A stretch of 24,112 nt of DNA from an uncultured Muribaculaceae bacterium (GTDB lineage Bacteria; Bacillota_I; Bacilli_A; RF39; UBA660): NCBI GenBank assembly GCA_964368665.1, contig CAYJCL010000001.1, forward strand, positions 1 to 24,112, read 5' to 3'. The notes under the pieces are model-generated. The model saw only the letters and a program-made list of their open reading frames with translations, ran no database searches and was not told where the DNA came from. Below, piece by piece: positions 7,914 through 16,369 of the stretch. The position numbers and the translations under genes are program-made. Position 1 is the stretch's first letter; each line of letters begins with the position of its first letter.

Positions 7914-8519
7914 TTAAGCTATTTGTTCAAATGTTATATTAGCAATTAAATCTAACTTAACATCATCACTCATCATTTGAGTATCTGACTCATCATTACT
8001 AGATTCGTCATTACCATCATACCATTCAAAGTATACTCTTATAGTAAATTTATCATGTCTGAAATTTTCAGAACCATTATTAAGTAATACATTAGTAATA
8101 GTATTATCAGCAATAACAGTAACATTATCAGGATTACTTATCTTCGTTTCATCTAATATTTCATATTTTGTCATATATAGGTCGGTAAATGCTTGATCTG
8201 CAGAACTAACATTAAGAGAATATCTAAAAGATAGACTAACATTACTAGGATCAATATCAATATCGAAATATCCTTGAGATGTTGGTGCGATAGTATTAAC
8301 TGCAGTGTTTTCGTCTTCTATAATAATAGGAGTGAACTCAACCACAGATGAGGCATTAGCGAAAACATCTTCTTCATTAATTAATATTTGCCATGAAGCA
8401 AAATTCGATTGAATTGTTCCATCTGTACCAGCAGCATACCGAGAATACGTATGACTCATGAAGCTAACTGTAAGCGTTAAACAAACGAATAAAAGTAATA
8501 TCATACACTTTCTATTCAT
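7914..8519 (-). CDS. SipW-cognate exported TasA-like protein (TYS|RY signal variant)
   Basis: Short signal peptide ending HTYSRY. ASWQILIN, IAPTSQG and FEWYDG..NDESDT parallel KAWYIEFN, IYPG and SWPADSGDDILDT of 6622..7854. RBS AAAGGG. Confidence 0.7.
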   Translation of the reverse strand: MNRKCMILLLFVCLTLTVSFMSHTYSRYAAGTDGTIQSNFASWQILINEEDVFANASSVVEFTPIIIEDENTAVNTIAPTSQGYFDIDIDPSNVSLSFRYSLNVSSADQAFTDLYMTKYEILDETKISNPDNVTVIADNTITNVLLNNGSENFRHDKFTIRVYFEWYDGNDESSNDESDTQMMSDDVKLDLIANITFEQIA

Positions 8520-8542
8520 AGAATCCCTTTCTTTCTAATCTA

Positions 8543-8570
8543 ATTATAATATAACGTCAAATATTTACAA
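8543..8570 (-). promoter_or_regulatory. Putative sigma-A promoter of 7914..8519
   Basis: Minus strand TTGTAA (8570-8565), 16 bp spacer, TATAAT (8548-8543). Confidence 0.45.
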
Positions 8571-8668
8571 GTGTAAAATGTAAATAATATACAAAATATC
8601 GTAAACAAATGTCAAATATATACATTTTTATACATCTTATAAATAACTGAAAAAACAAATAAACATTT

Positions 8669-8722
8669 TTCGACAAAATACAACAAATATCATTGACTTG
8701 CAATATTCAAATATTGTATAAT
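8669..8722 (+). promoter_or_regulatory. Sigma-A promoter of the subunit operon with an upstream Spo0A-like box
   Basis: TTGACT (8693-8698), 18 bp spacer, TATAAT (8717-8722). TTCGACA at 8669-8675 is the reverse complement of TGTCGAA. Palindrome CAATATT-ca-AATATTG in the spacer. Confidence 0.55.
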
Positions 8723-8802
8723 AATCTTGTATTATAGATAAGTTATCAATATACCAAGGTAGGCTTATTAATAAGTAATTGGAAATGAAGGGTTTGATAA
8801 TT

Positions 8803-9498
8803 ATGGATAATAAATTTATACTACATGCAAGTAAGGTACGGAAGGATAAAAAACTAACAAAAATCGTATTACTACTATTGATGTTAATTATTCTACTCAG
8901 TATATTCTTGTATATGGTTATTGGATTTGTTTATAATAGCGGAAATTTCACTATAACGCTCGACGACAATCTATACTATGATAGAGGACTGATAATATCA
9001 GATGACCCTCTATACAAAGCTTATAGGTCAGAGTTACTAGCTGAGTCAGTTTCAACATTTGACAACATCAGTGAAGCATGGCTTCCAGATACGTTGCCAG
9101 GTGAAGAATGGGGATCACACAACGGAGATAATTACATAGCTTACTCATTCTACATTGAAAATAATGGAGAAATGACTACAGACTACTATACTCAAATTGT
9201 TATTGAAGACGTTATACAAAACGTTGACGAGGCTGTAAGAATTAGAATCTATAAAAACGGTGAAGCCACAACTTATGCGAAGATGGGGAGCAACGGAGCC
9301 CCTGAACCAAACACAGTACCCTTCGAAGATGGCGAAATCGTTATAACAGATCATGTCGAAGACTTTAAACCAAAGGATATTACAAAATATACTTTAGTTA
9401 TATGGTTGGAAGGCACTGATCCTCAAACTACTAATAACATTATTGGTGGGGAGATTAAAATGAGAATGGAATTCAAATCAGAATTTGTCGAAAAATAA
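8803..9498 (+). CDS. Membrane-anchored WLEGxD-family subunit homolog without a TxAWF cleavage motif
   Basis: Long N-terminal TM. YIAYSFYIEN, DEAVRIRI and KYTLVIWLEGTD match motifs of the three downstream paralogs. ATG 8803 preferred over TTG 8779 (GAAGGG upstream). Confidence 0.7.
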   Translation: MDNKFILHASKVRKDKKLTKIVLLLLMLIILLSIFLYMVIGFVYNSGNFTITLDDNLYYDRGLIISDDPLYKAYRSELLAESVSTFDNISEAWLPDTLPGEEWGSHNGDNYIAYSFYIENNGEMTTDYYTQIVIEDVIQNVDEAVRIRIYKNGEATTYAKMGSNGAPEPNTVPFEDGEIVITDHVEDFKPKDITKYTLVIWLEGTDPQTTNNIIGGEIKMRMEFKSEFVEK

Positions 9499-9521
9499 AA
9501 AGAAGGAGAAGAAAAAAAGTT

Positions 9522-10904
9522 ATGCAAAAAAAGAGTGCAAAACGAAAAAGCAATGTTAAAAATTTAGCAATTATTACAACTTTAACTGCAATAGTGCTAG
9601 TTGTTTCAACATTCGCATGGTTCATAGCTCTTGATGAAGTAGCAGTTAATGCATTTAACGTTACTATGGCGCCAACTGAAGGTCTAGAATTCTCTATCGA
9701 CGGTACTACATGGTATGGTGGTGCTGATATGGTAGGAGCAGACGGAATTAATTTCTTTGATGAAAATTTAGCAATCGATGAAACTAATTACAATACTGGT
9801 GCTTATGCAGGAAACACAAACTCTTGGACTGGTGTACAAACTCCAGCTGGAGCAGACCCAGCAACTGAACCAGCGGTTCATTATGGGTTAATTCCTATGT
9901 CATCATCAGGACAAATTGATCCAACATCATCAAGATTAGTACTATTTGAAAAAACAAGTTTAACATCAACTGATTTAGATGCAGCAGGAGATTTAACAAC
10001 AACTGAATGGGGATATAGATTAATGTCAGATCCGGTTCCAAATACAGGAGCAACTGAACATAAAGGATATATCGCATTCGATTTATTAATAAAAAACACT
10101 ACAGAAGATCAATATTATGACGATGTAGATATTCAAAATGAAGAACCTATATATCTAACAACTGATTCAGTAGTAACACCTGGAGTTGACGGACATGGTC
10201 TAGAAAACTCAGTAAGAGTAGCATTTGCTCAAATCGCAAGAGTAGAAATACCTGAGGCAGGAACTGTTGATGCAGCAACTATTACAGGAATGACTTGCTC
10301 AGCAGCTGACGCAATTTGTCGTCCAGCAGCAATTTGGGAACCAAATGATACAAAACATTCAACTAATTCATTAGAATTCTATGCAGCAAACTGTACTACA
10401 AGACCATATGATGCAGGATCGCCTGGTACATGTGGAGCTTTAGCTGACGGAACTGCGTCACCAACTTATGCAATTACAACTACAATTGAAGCAGCAGATG
10501 CAATAGATATTTATGATGGTCACTTCAATGGATATACAACATCAGCAGATACTGTTGGTGGAACTGTATTACCAAAAGTAATTGATATGACTAATACAGA
10601 CTTATTAGATAGTTATTATGCTCATACTGATGATACAGTATTAGGTGATATTGGATATTATTTCACTGATACAGAAAAAAATACAGGAGTTACATATGAA
10701 GCTGATGGAACAACAATTGCAACAGCTGACCAAGATGATAGACCTGCATTTATGTATTTAGCACCTAACAGTATTACAAAAGTAAGAGTATATGTTTGGT
10801 TAGAAGGACAAGATATTGATAACTATGACTGGGCTTCATTAGGAGAATCAATCAATGTTAATTTTGGATTTACTAAACAACAACTTTCGGATGAAATTAG
10901 ATAG
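9522..10904 (+). CDS. SipW-cognate exported protein, putative major fibre subunit 1
   Basis: STFA|WFI signal. GLIPMSSSG, YIAFDLLIKN, ENSVRVAF, IWEPND and APNSITKVRVYVWLEGQD motifs. Four Cys; acidic and Thr/Ala-rich. RBS GAAGGAG. Confidence 0.8.
   Translation: MQKKSAKRKSNVKNLAIITTLTAIVLVVSTFAWFIALDEVAVNAFNVTMAPTEGLEFSIDGTTWYGGADMVGADGINFFDENLAIDETNYNTGAYAGNTNSWTGVQTPAGADPATEPAVHYGLIPMSSSGQIDPTSSRLVLFEKTSLTSTDLDAAGDLTTTEWGYRLMSDPVPNTGATEHKGYIAFDLLIKNTTEDQYYDDVDIQNEEPIYLTTDSVVTPGVDGHGLENSVRVAFAQIARVEIPEAGTVDAATITGMTCSAADAICRPAAIWEPNDTKHSTNSLEFYAANCTTRPYDAGSPGTCGALADGTASPTYAITTTIEAADAIDIYDGHFNGYTTSADTVGGTVLPKVIDMTNTDLLDSYYAHTDDTVLGDIGYYFTDTEKNTGVTYEADGTTIATADQDDRPAFMYLAPNSITKVRVYVWLEGQDIDNYDWASLGESINVNFGFTKQQLSDEIR
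10758..10783 (+). repeat. 26-bp exact repeat shared with 12019-12044 (paralogous coding sequence)
   Basis: TTAGCACCTAACAGTATTACAAAAGT occurs at both sites. Confidence 0.9.
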
Positions 10905-10929
10905 AATATAGATAGAGAAGGAGAAATAT

Positions 10930-12210
10930 ATGACAAGTAAAAGTAAAAAAAGAAATAAAAAAACTCAAAAATTATTAGTATTTGCTGCACTTAGTGCTGT
11001 AATATTAACTGTATCTACATTCGCATGGTTTATCGGAAGACAAGAAACTGGAGTTGATTCATTCAATATCGAAGTTTCAGCAATGGAACATCTTGAATTA
11101 TCAATGAACGGTTTAGAATGGTCAGACACTATTACATTAACTAATGGTGCATGGACTCCTTGGGATGATGCTAATCCAGACGCTAGCCAAGTGTATGACA
11201 CTCATACAAATAGCTGGGGATCAGGTTTAGTACCAGTTTCAAGTTCAGGAGAAGTAGATACTGATGCTTCAAGACTTATGTTATTTGAAGGATCAAGTTT
11301 CGCAAGAACTGCTGGAGGTTACAAAGTATTATCAACTCAAATTGATAACACAACTGCAGCAGAAAATGGAGATTATGTAGCTTTTGATTTATTCATTAAG
11401 AATAGTTCAGGAACACAATATAACGCAGCTTATGAACCAGAAGAAGAAGAAGAAATTTTCTTAACTTATAATTCTGCAGCTGTAGTAGATTCTACTGGAG
11501 CAGCTGACACAGTTGCAGCAGCAGCAGCAGGAATCGAAAACTCATTAAGAGTAGCATTTATTCAAGTAGGTAGAATTGCTGGAACATCAACAGTAGCAGA
11601 TGACATTCAAGGAATGACTTGTGCTGGAGATACTGATGCAGCTAGTACAGGAATTTGTTTCCAAAATAGAACTACTATTTGGGAACCAAACGATGTAAAC
11701 CACACTGCTGGAGCAATCGGATGGGTAGCAGATACTTGTAGCACAAGAGTAGCAGCTTCAACTGATTTATTAAATGCAGCTAGCTACAATGTTGGTACAG
11801 CATGTACTACAATTGCAGCAGACACTTACTATCAAACATATACAATTCAAAGAGACATCTTAACAGGTGAAGCTGTTGACGTATATGATAGTTTAAATGG
11901 ATATACTCCATTAGTTGATGTTGCTGATCCTGCTTATACAGCAGCAGTAGTACCAACTCAAACATTTACTGATAGTGATAGAGATGCTGAAGGAGATGGA
12001 AGAAATCCATTCATGTTCTTAGCACCTAACAGTATTACAAAAGTTAGAATTTATATCTACTTAGAAGGTATGGATTTAGACAACATGGATTTAGCTGAAG
12101 TATTAAATAATGAAATTACATTAAACTTCGGATTTACTAAACAACAATACGAAACTGATACTGATTTCGGTGGAGGTTCATTAGATAATGGTTGGACAAC
12201 TGTATCTTAA
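10930..12210 (+). CDS. SipW-cognate exported protein, putative major fibre subunit 2 (paralog of 9522..10904)
   Basis: STFA|WFI signal. GLVPVSSSG, YVAFDLFIKN, ENSLRVAF, IWEPND and APNSITKVRIYIYLEGMD motifs. Four Cys. RBS GAAGGAG. Confidence 0.8.
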   Translation: MTSKSKKRNKKTQKLLVFAALSAVILTVSTFAWFIGRQETGVDSFNIEVSAMEHLELSMNGLEWSDTITLTNGAWTPWDDANPDASQVYDTHTNSWGSGLVPVSSSGEVDTDASRLMLFEGSSFARTAGGYKVLSTQIDNTTAAENGDYVAFDLFIKNSSGTQYNAAYEPEEEEEIFLTYNSAAVVDSTGAADTVAAAAAGIENSLRVAFIQVGRIAGTSTVADDIQGMTCAGDTDAASTGICFQNRTTIWEPNDVNHTAGAIGWVADTCSTRVAASTDLLNAASYNVGTACTTIAADTYYQTYTIQRDILTGEAVDVYDSLNGYTPLVDVADPAYTAAVVPTQTFTDSDRDAEGDGRNPFMFLAPNSITKVRIYIYLEGMDLDNMDLAEVLNNEITLNFGFTKQQYETDTDFGGGSLDNGWTTVS

Positions 12211-12280
12211 TAACTAATTTGTTGTATAACTAATTATATTAGTAAAAAGGTTATGTTTAACTAATAAAAGATTAGGATAA

Positions 12281-12306
12281 AAAGAGTAACCGTACGGTTA
12301 CTCTTT
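12281..12306 (+). terminator. Perfect 26-bp palindrome; internal terminator or mRNA stabiliser
   Basis: AAAGAGTAACCGT|ACGGTTACTCTTT between subunit genes 2 and 3. Confidence 0.75.
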
Positions 12307-12334
12307 AATCTTAATTAAAAAAAGTAGGTGATTT

Positions 12335-13453
12335 ATGAAAAAAACTGTTAAAAAATCAAAAAAAGTAGCTACAAAAAAAGTAGGAGCTTCCAAGACTAAA
12401 GACAAAAAAGTAAAGAGTAAAAAGAAAACACAAAAAAAAGAAAAAACATCTAGCATGTTTACATTTAATAAAATACTATTTTTTACCTTTATTGTTGGAA
12501 TTGTCTTAATAGTATCTACCTACGCTTGGTTTGCATCAACACTTGATGCAAAAGTAGATTTCGTAACAATCACAGTTAACAGAGAAACAGGAATGTATAT
12601 TTCACTAGATGGAGTGGAATATGGAGAAACTGTACAAGTATCTAAAGAAGATGTAACAACAAATCTAGCATCAACTTATCCAGATCATAATAATAAATGG
12701 GTTAGTAGCGCAGGATTAATACCTTCATCATCTAATGGGATACCAGATTCTGATACATTTGAATTTGCAGTATATGAATTAACAAAAGAAAGATACTCAT
12801 CAGGAGAACGTAAAATATATCTAGATTTTGACCAATATGATGAAAAATACGATTCAGCAAATTTTGTGGCATTCGATTTATTTATTAAAAATATAAGCAA
12901 TTCACCAGAACCTGATAATTTCTATTTATGGGAAGGAACACAAGTAAGTCTTGAAGATGGAACTGTTCCTAGAATGGTCAGTTTATTAAATACTGTAAGA
13001 ATTGGTATTTCAAAAGGTGGTCATACATCGGAAACTTATCCGGAACCTGCTACAGTACAAGCTCTAGAGTGTAATAATAACTGTGAATCATTTATTTATG
13101 AGCCATTTAGTACACATCATAATGAATTATCAATAGAAAGAGCAGTTAACTACGGAGTAGAACTAATTGATGGAGTATTTACTCCAACATATGGTGTAAT
13201 TAAAGGTGGAGATCGTTTAAGTCATTATAACGGACACGGAAAAGCAAACTTCGATTATGAACACTTTGAATTCCAAGATACATTTAAAGAAGTAAATACA
13301 CAATTATTTGAGTTACCACATGGTGTAACTAAAATAAGAGTATATATATGGCTAGAAGGCCAAGATATTGATGCCCTTGAAACAAAATCAAGCGGTGATA
13401 CATTAAATATAGATTTAGTATTCCACAAAGACCTTGCTGGATATGGATTATGA
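12335..13453 (+). CDS. SipW-cognate exported protein, subunit 3, with a Lys-rich cytoplasmic N-extension
   Basis: About 40 aa of Lys-rich leader, TM, STYA|WFA. GLIPSSSNG, FVAFDLFIKN, IYEP and VTKIRVYIWLEGQDID motifs. RBS AGGTGA. Confidence 0.8.
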   Translation: MKKTVKKSKKVATKKVGASKTKDKKVKSKKKTQKKEKTSSMFTFNKILFFTFIVGIVLIVSTYAWFASTLDAKVDFVTITVNRETGMYISLDGVEYGETVQVSKEDVTTNLASTYPDHNNKWVSSAGLIPSSSNGIPDSDTFEFAVYELTKERYSSGERKIYLDFDQYDEKYDSANFVAFDLFIKNISNSPEPDNFYLWEGTQVSLEDGTVPRMVSLLNTVRIGISKGGHTSETYPEPATVQALECNNNCESFIYEPFSTHHNELSIERAVNYGVELIDGVFTPTYGVIKGGDRLSHYNGHGKANFDYEHFEFQDTFKEVNTQLFELPHGVTKIRVYIWLEGQDIDALETKSSGDTLNIDLVFHKDLAGYGL

Positions 13454-13466
13454 AAAGGAGTTAGTT

Positions 13467-13844
13467 ATGAGTAAAACAGAAAAAAAAGTTACAAAAAAAC
13501 CTGCTGTAAAAAAAGAAACTAAAAAAACAGTAGTAAAATTAGACAAAAAAGAAACAAAAAAAACAGCACCAAAAGTAGAAAAAAAAGTAACTAAAAAAAC
13601 AACAAAGAAACCAACAGATAAAATATTAAAAAAAGAAGTAAAAAAACCTACAGTCAAAGCAGTAGAAAAAAAACAACCTAAAGCAGTAAAAGAAGAACCA
13701 GTAATTAAAAGAGTTGATTTTGATCTTTCTGTTCTTAACTTAAAAGAATTAATTGACTTATATTACAATGTTGAAAGTTTCGTAGACTACCTAGACGTAG
13801 AATATAATAAATTAGTAGTTATGGAAGAAGGTAAAAATGAGTAA
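13467..13844 (+). CDS. Hypothetical protein: Lys/Thr-rich low-complexity N-terminus plus a small acidic helical C-domain
   Basis: RBS AAAGGAG 6 nt before ATG 13467, a better start than 13434. KKVTKK/KKETKK repeats. Confidence 0.7.
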   Translation: MSKTEKKVTKKPAVKKETKKTVVKLDKKETKKTAPKVEKKVTKKTTKKPTDKILKKEVKKPTVKAVEKKQPKAVKEEPVIKRVDFDLSVLNLKELIDLYYNVESFVDYLDVEYNKLVVMEEGKNE

Positions 13845-15483
13845 TTTTTTAACATACATCATAGATGATGTAGAATTCAAAAAGAACAATATTAAAAATC
13901 TTCCTAACAAAACAAAAACTCAACAAAAAAAATTAAAAGAAATTATTTCAACATATAAGAAAAAATATACAGAATATCAAACTAATATTGAAAAATATAT
14001 AGAATTAAAAAGTAAATCTATTCCTTTAAATGATATTCCAATAGAATCTAAAGAAAACTTAGAATCTATGCAAACAAGAATCAAAGAACTAAAACATTTA
14101 GCTAAGTTATTAAATCCAGTAACTACTTATTTTGAAAAAATAGGAGCAGATAACTTATTATTTAAATTAAAATTTTATAATAACTTTGACTTCGTTGCAG
14201 TTAATGAAATATTAAAAGAATTATCAGATAAATTCAACATGATAAATCTTAAATTAAATGAAAAGAAATTTAAAGTAACACCATATGTTAATGAATATAT
14301 GAAAGAATTCTTCATAGAAGCTAATAGAGAAAAACCAAACTTCTATTCACTAGAAAAAACATTCGAAAAAACATACTGGGTATGTCCTAATATAATTAAT
14401 CACTTAGAATTGAACTTCAGAATCTTATTTGAAAGCTATAATCATGATTTTGACAGAGCAATAAGAATTCAACAAGATGATTATAAAAAGCAATATGGTA
14501 TTCATAGTTATGAAGAATGTATGAGAGAACTTAAAAAAGTTCATTATCAATATACATATTCTAGAAAAGAATCATTACAAGATATTATAGATTTAGCGAT
14601 TAAAGGCGAAATCGATGTTAACGAATACTTCGATGATTCAAAAACAAGATTAGCTGCATATAACATGTTAGTTATCCAAGATAAAGAAAGAAATTATGAT
14701 GCTGATTATGCAAACAATCACGAAAACTTAAAGAAACTAAGAAATGTATTAATTGAGTATAGACAGTATGAACATTTTATACCATTTGTTGAATATAATA
14801 AAAAATTATTTACAGAGTTTAAATTACCAAGACCATATAAAGAAATAATTGATGGTAAACAAAAATTAGAAACGGGTATTGGAATCATAAATAAAATCAT
14901 CTTTGACGAACTATCGCCAGTTGAAAAAATTGTTTTAAAATTTAAGAAAAAAGAATTATTAGAGAAAAGTAAAAAACAATTAACAGTAGATGTTACTAAT
15001 TATGCAGATAAACTACTACAAGTTTATCAAGGATTAGACGCCATAAAATTCTACAGAGTAATAAAAAGTATTGTTACTGATTATGTAACCTTAGATGATT
15101 TCCTAAATGCCTTCAGAGATTTTGAATATTTCAAGAAAAAAGAAATGCAAGATACATTTGAAATAAAAACTTATAGTGAATTAATGGAACATATTGAAGC
15201 GTTTGATGAATTCTGTAATAATCCAAATAACTTAGTTATACCTTCAGTACCAGTGTTTCAAGAATACGATGTAACTAAAGTAATAGTAGATAAATATCGT
15301 ATTAATAACTTTAACTTAACAAAAGAAAGTGTCACACCTAGTAATATAGATACACTATTAAGTTATATAGATTTATTCTTAAGATCTACTCATATTATGG
15401 CTTGTAATTTAACTATTCAACAAGTATGGTTTATAGTTGAGGCACATAAAATATTAAATAAACCAAAAGAAAATAACCAATAA
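13837..15483 (+). CDS. Hypothetical 548-aa helical/coiled-coil cytoplasmic protein
   Basis: Long ORF with an 8-nt overlap with the upstream gene and RBS GAAGG. No TM, signal peptide or motif recognised. Confidence 0.75.
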   Translation: MSNFLTYIIDDVEFKKNNIKNLPNKTKTQQKKLKEIISTYKKKYTEYQTNIEKYIELKSKSIPLNDIPIESKENLESMQTRIKELKHLAKLLNPVTTYFEKIGADNLLFKLKFYNNFDFVAVNEILKELSDKFNMINLKLNEKKFKVTPYVNEYMKEFFIEANREKPNFYSLEKTFEKTYWVCPNIINHLELNFRILFESYNHDFDRAIRIQQDDYKKQYGIHSYEECMRELKKVHYQYTYSRKESLQDIIDLAIKGEIDVNEYFDDSKTRLAAYNMLVIQDKERNYDADYANNHENLKKLRNVLIEYRQYEHFIPFVEYNKKLFTEFKLPRPYKEIIDGKQKLETGIGIINKIIFDELSPVEKIVLKFKKKELLEKSKKQLTVDVTNYADKLLQVYQGLDAIKFYRVIKSIVTDYVTLDDFLNAFRDFEYFKKKEMQDTFEIKTYSELMEHIEAFDEFCNNPNNLVIPSVPVFQEYDVTKVIVDKYRINNFNLTKESVTPSNIDTLLSYIDLFLRSTHIMACNLTIQQVWFIVEAHKILNKPKENNQ

Positions 15484-15496
15484 AGGTTATTTTTTT
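15470..15496. terminator. Bidirectional terminator overlapping two convergent stop codons
   Basis: AAAATAACC (15470-15478), AATAAA loop, GGTTATTTT (15485-15493). Confidence 0.65.
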
Positions 15497-16314
15497 CTTA
15501 TCTCAATAACTGAATGATATATTCCATCATTCCTTAAACTTAGTTTTATTTCATCTAATAATTCATTGTCACTCTTATCACTTAAAATAGCAACAATACA
15601 AGTATAAAAGTCTCCATCCTCACTCCATAGATGAAAATCAGTAATAGAATTAACACCCTTTATATTTTTAATATTATATTTAACTTTACTAGCAAACTCT
15701 AAATCAATAGTACCATTAAGAAGTATTTCAATAATTGTTTGACCACTTCTAAAGATATTTCTAATTATTATTCCAACTATTAATAAAGATAGTATAGGGT
15801 CCAATATATAGACGTCTGTGAATAAAATGATGATACTGACTACCAATACCGCTACCCATCCTAATAAGTCCTCAAAAAGGTGTAAAAATACTGTCTTATC
15901 AAGTATCTTCTCAGACTTACTCATTCTTAAAGCCGATATTCCATTTACAAGTACACCAACAATTCCAAGAACAATCATCACCTCAGGAATAACAGGAGTA
16001 GGGTGAATCAAAGATTCAACCGCTTCAACTATTAAAAATACACTACCTATTGATAATATAATAATATTTATTAAAGCACCGAGTACTGATAAACGTTTAA
16101 ATCCAAAAGAATACTTCTTAGTAGCACGCTTCTTAGAAAACTTCTGAATAAAATAAGATGTCCCCAAAGCAATAGAATCACTAATATCATGAACAGCATC
16201 AGATAATATGGCAGTACTACCTGTATATATCCCTCCAATAACTTCTATCAAAGCAAAACTTATATTTAAAACAAATGCTATTAATATATTCTTTTCACTA
16301 TTATTCTTCTTCAT
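15487..16314 (-). CDS. czcD: Cation diffusion facilitator (Zn/Co/Cd efflux) transporter
   Basis: LSDAVHDISD, YSFGFKR, HLFEDLLG, DPILS and DFHLWS motifs. ATG 16314 follows RBS AGGTG. Confidence 0.9.
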   Translation of the reverse strand: MKKNNSEKNILIAFVLNISFALIEVIGGIYTGSTAILSDAVHDISDSIALGTSYFIQKFSKKRATKKYSFGFKRLSVLGALINIIILSIGSVFLIVEAVESLIHPTPVIPEVMIVLGIVGVLVNGISALRMSKSEKILDKTVFLHLFEDLLGWVAVLVVSIIILFTDVYILDPILSLLIVGIIIRNIFRSGQTIIEILLNGTIDLEFASKVKYNIKNIKGVNSITDFHLWSEDGDFYTCIVAILSDKSDNELLDEIKLSLRNDGIYHSVIEIRKK

Positions 16315-16369
16315 AATAATCACCTATATATATAATATCATATGTCATAAAAAAAATAATTATAAATAA

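Noticed and set aside
8520..8802. Riboswitch (e.g. c-di-GMP) or ncRNA in the divergent intergenic region
   Set aside because: The region is very AT-rich with no convincing stems or GEMM consensus by eye. An Rfam/Infernal scan would be decisive.
6622..13453. Sortase-assembled or type IV pili
   Set aside because: No sortase, LPxTG anchors, class III G|FxxxE prepilin motif, PilB/PilC or prepilin peptidase seen. The signals are SipW-type.
13467..13720. CRISPR array, tandem DNA repeat or histone H1-like protein call
   Set aside because: The repeats are imperfect codon-level Lys-rich low complexity without constant repeat-spacer structure. Composition alone does not justify a histone-like call.
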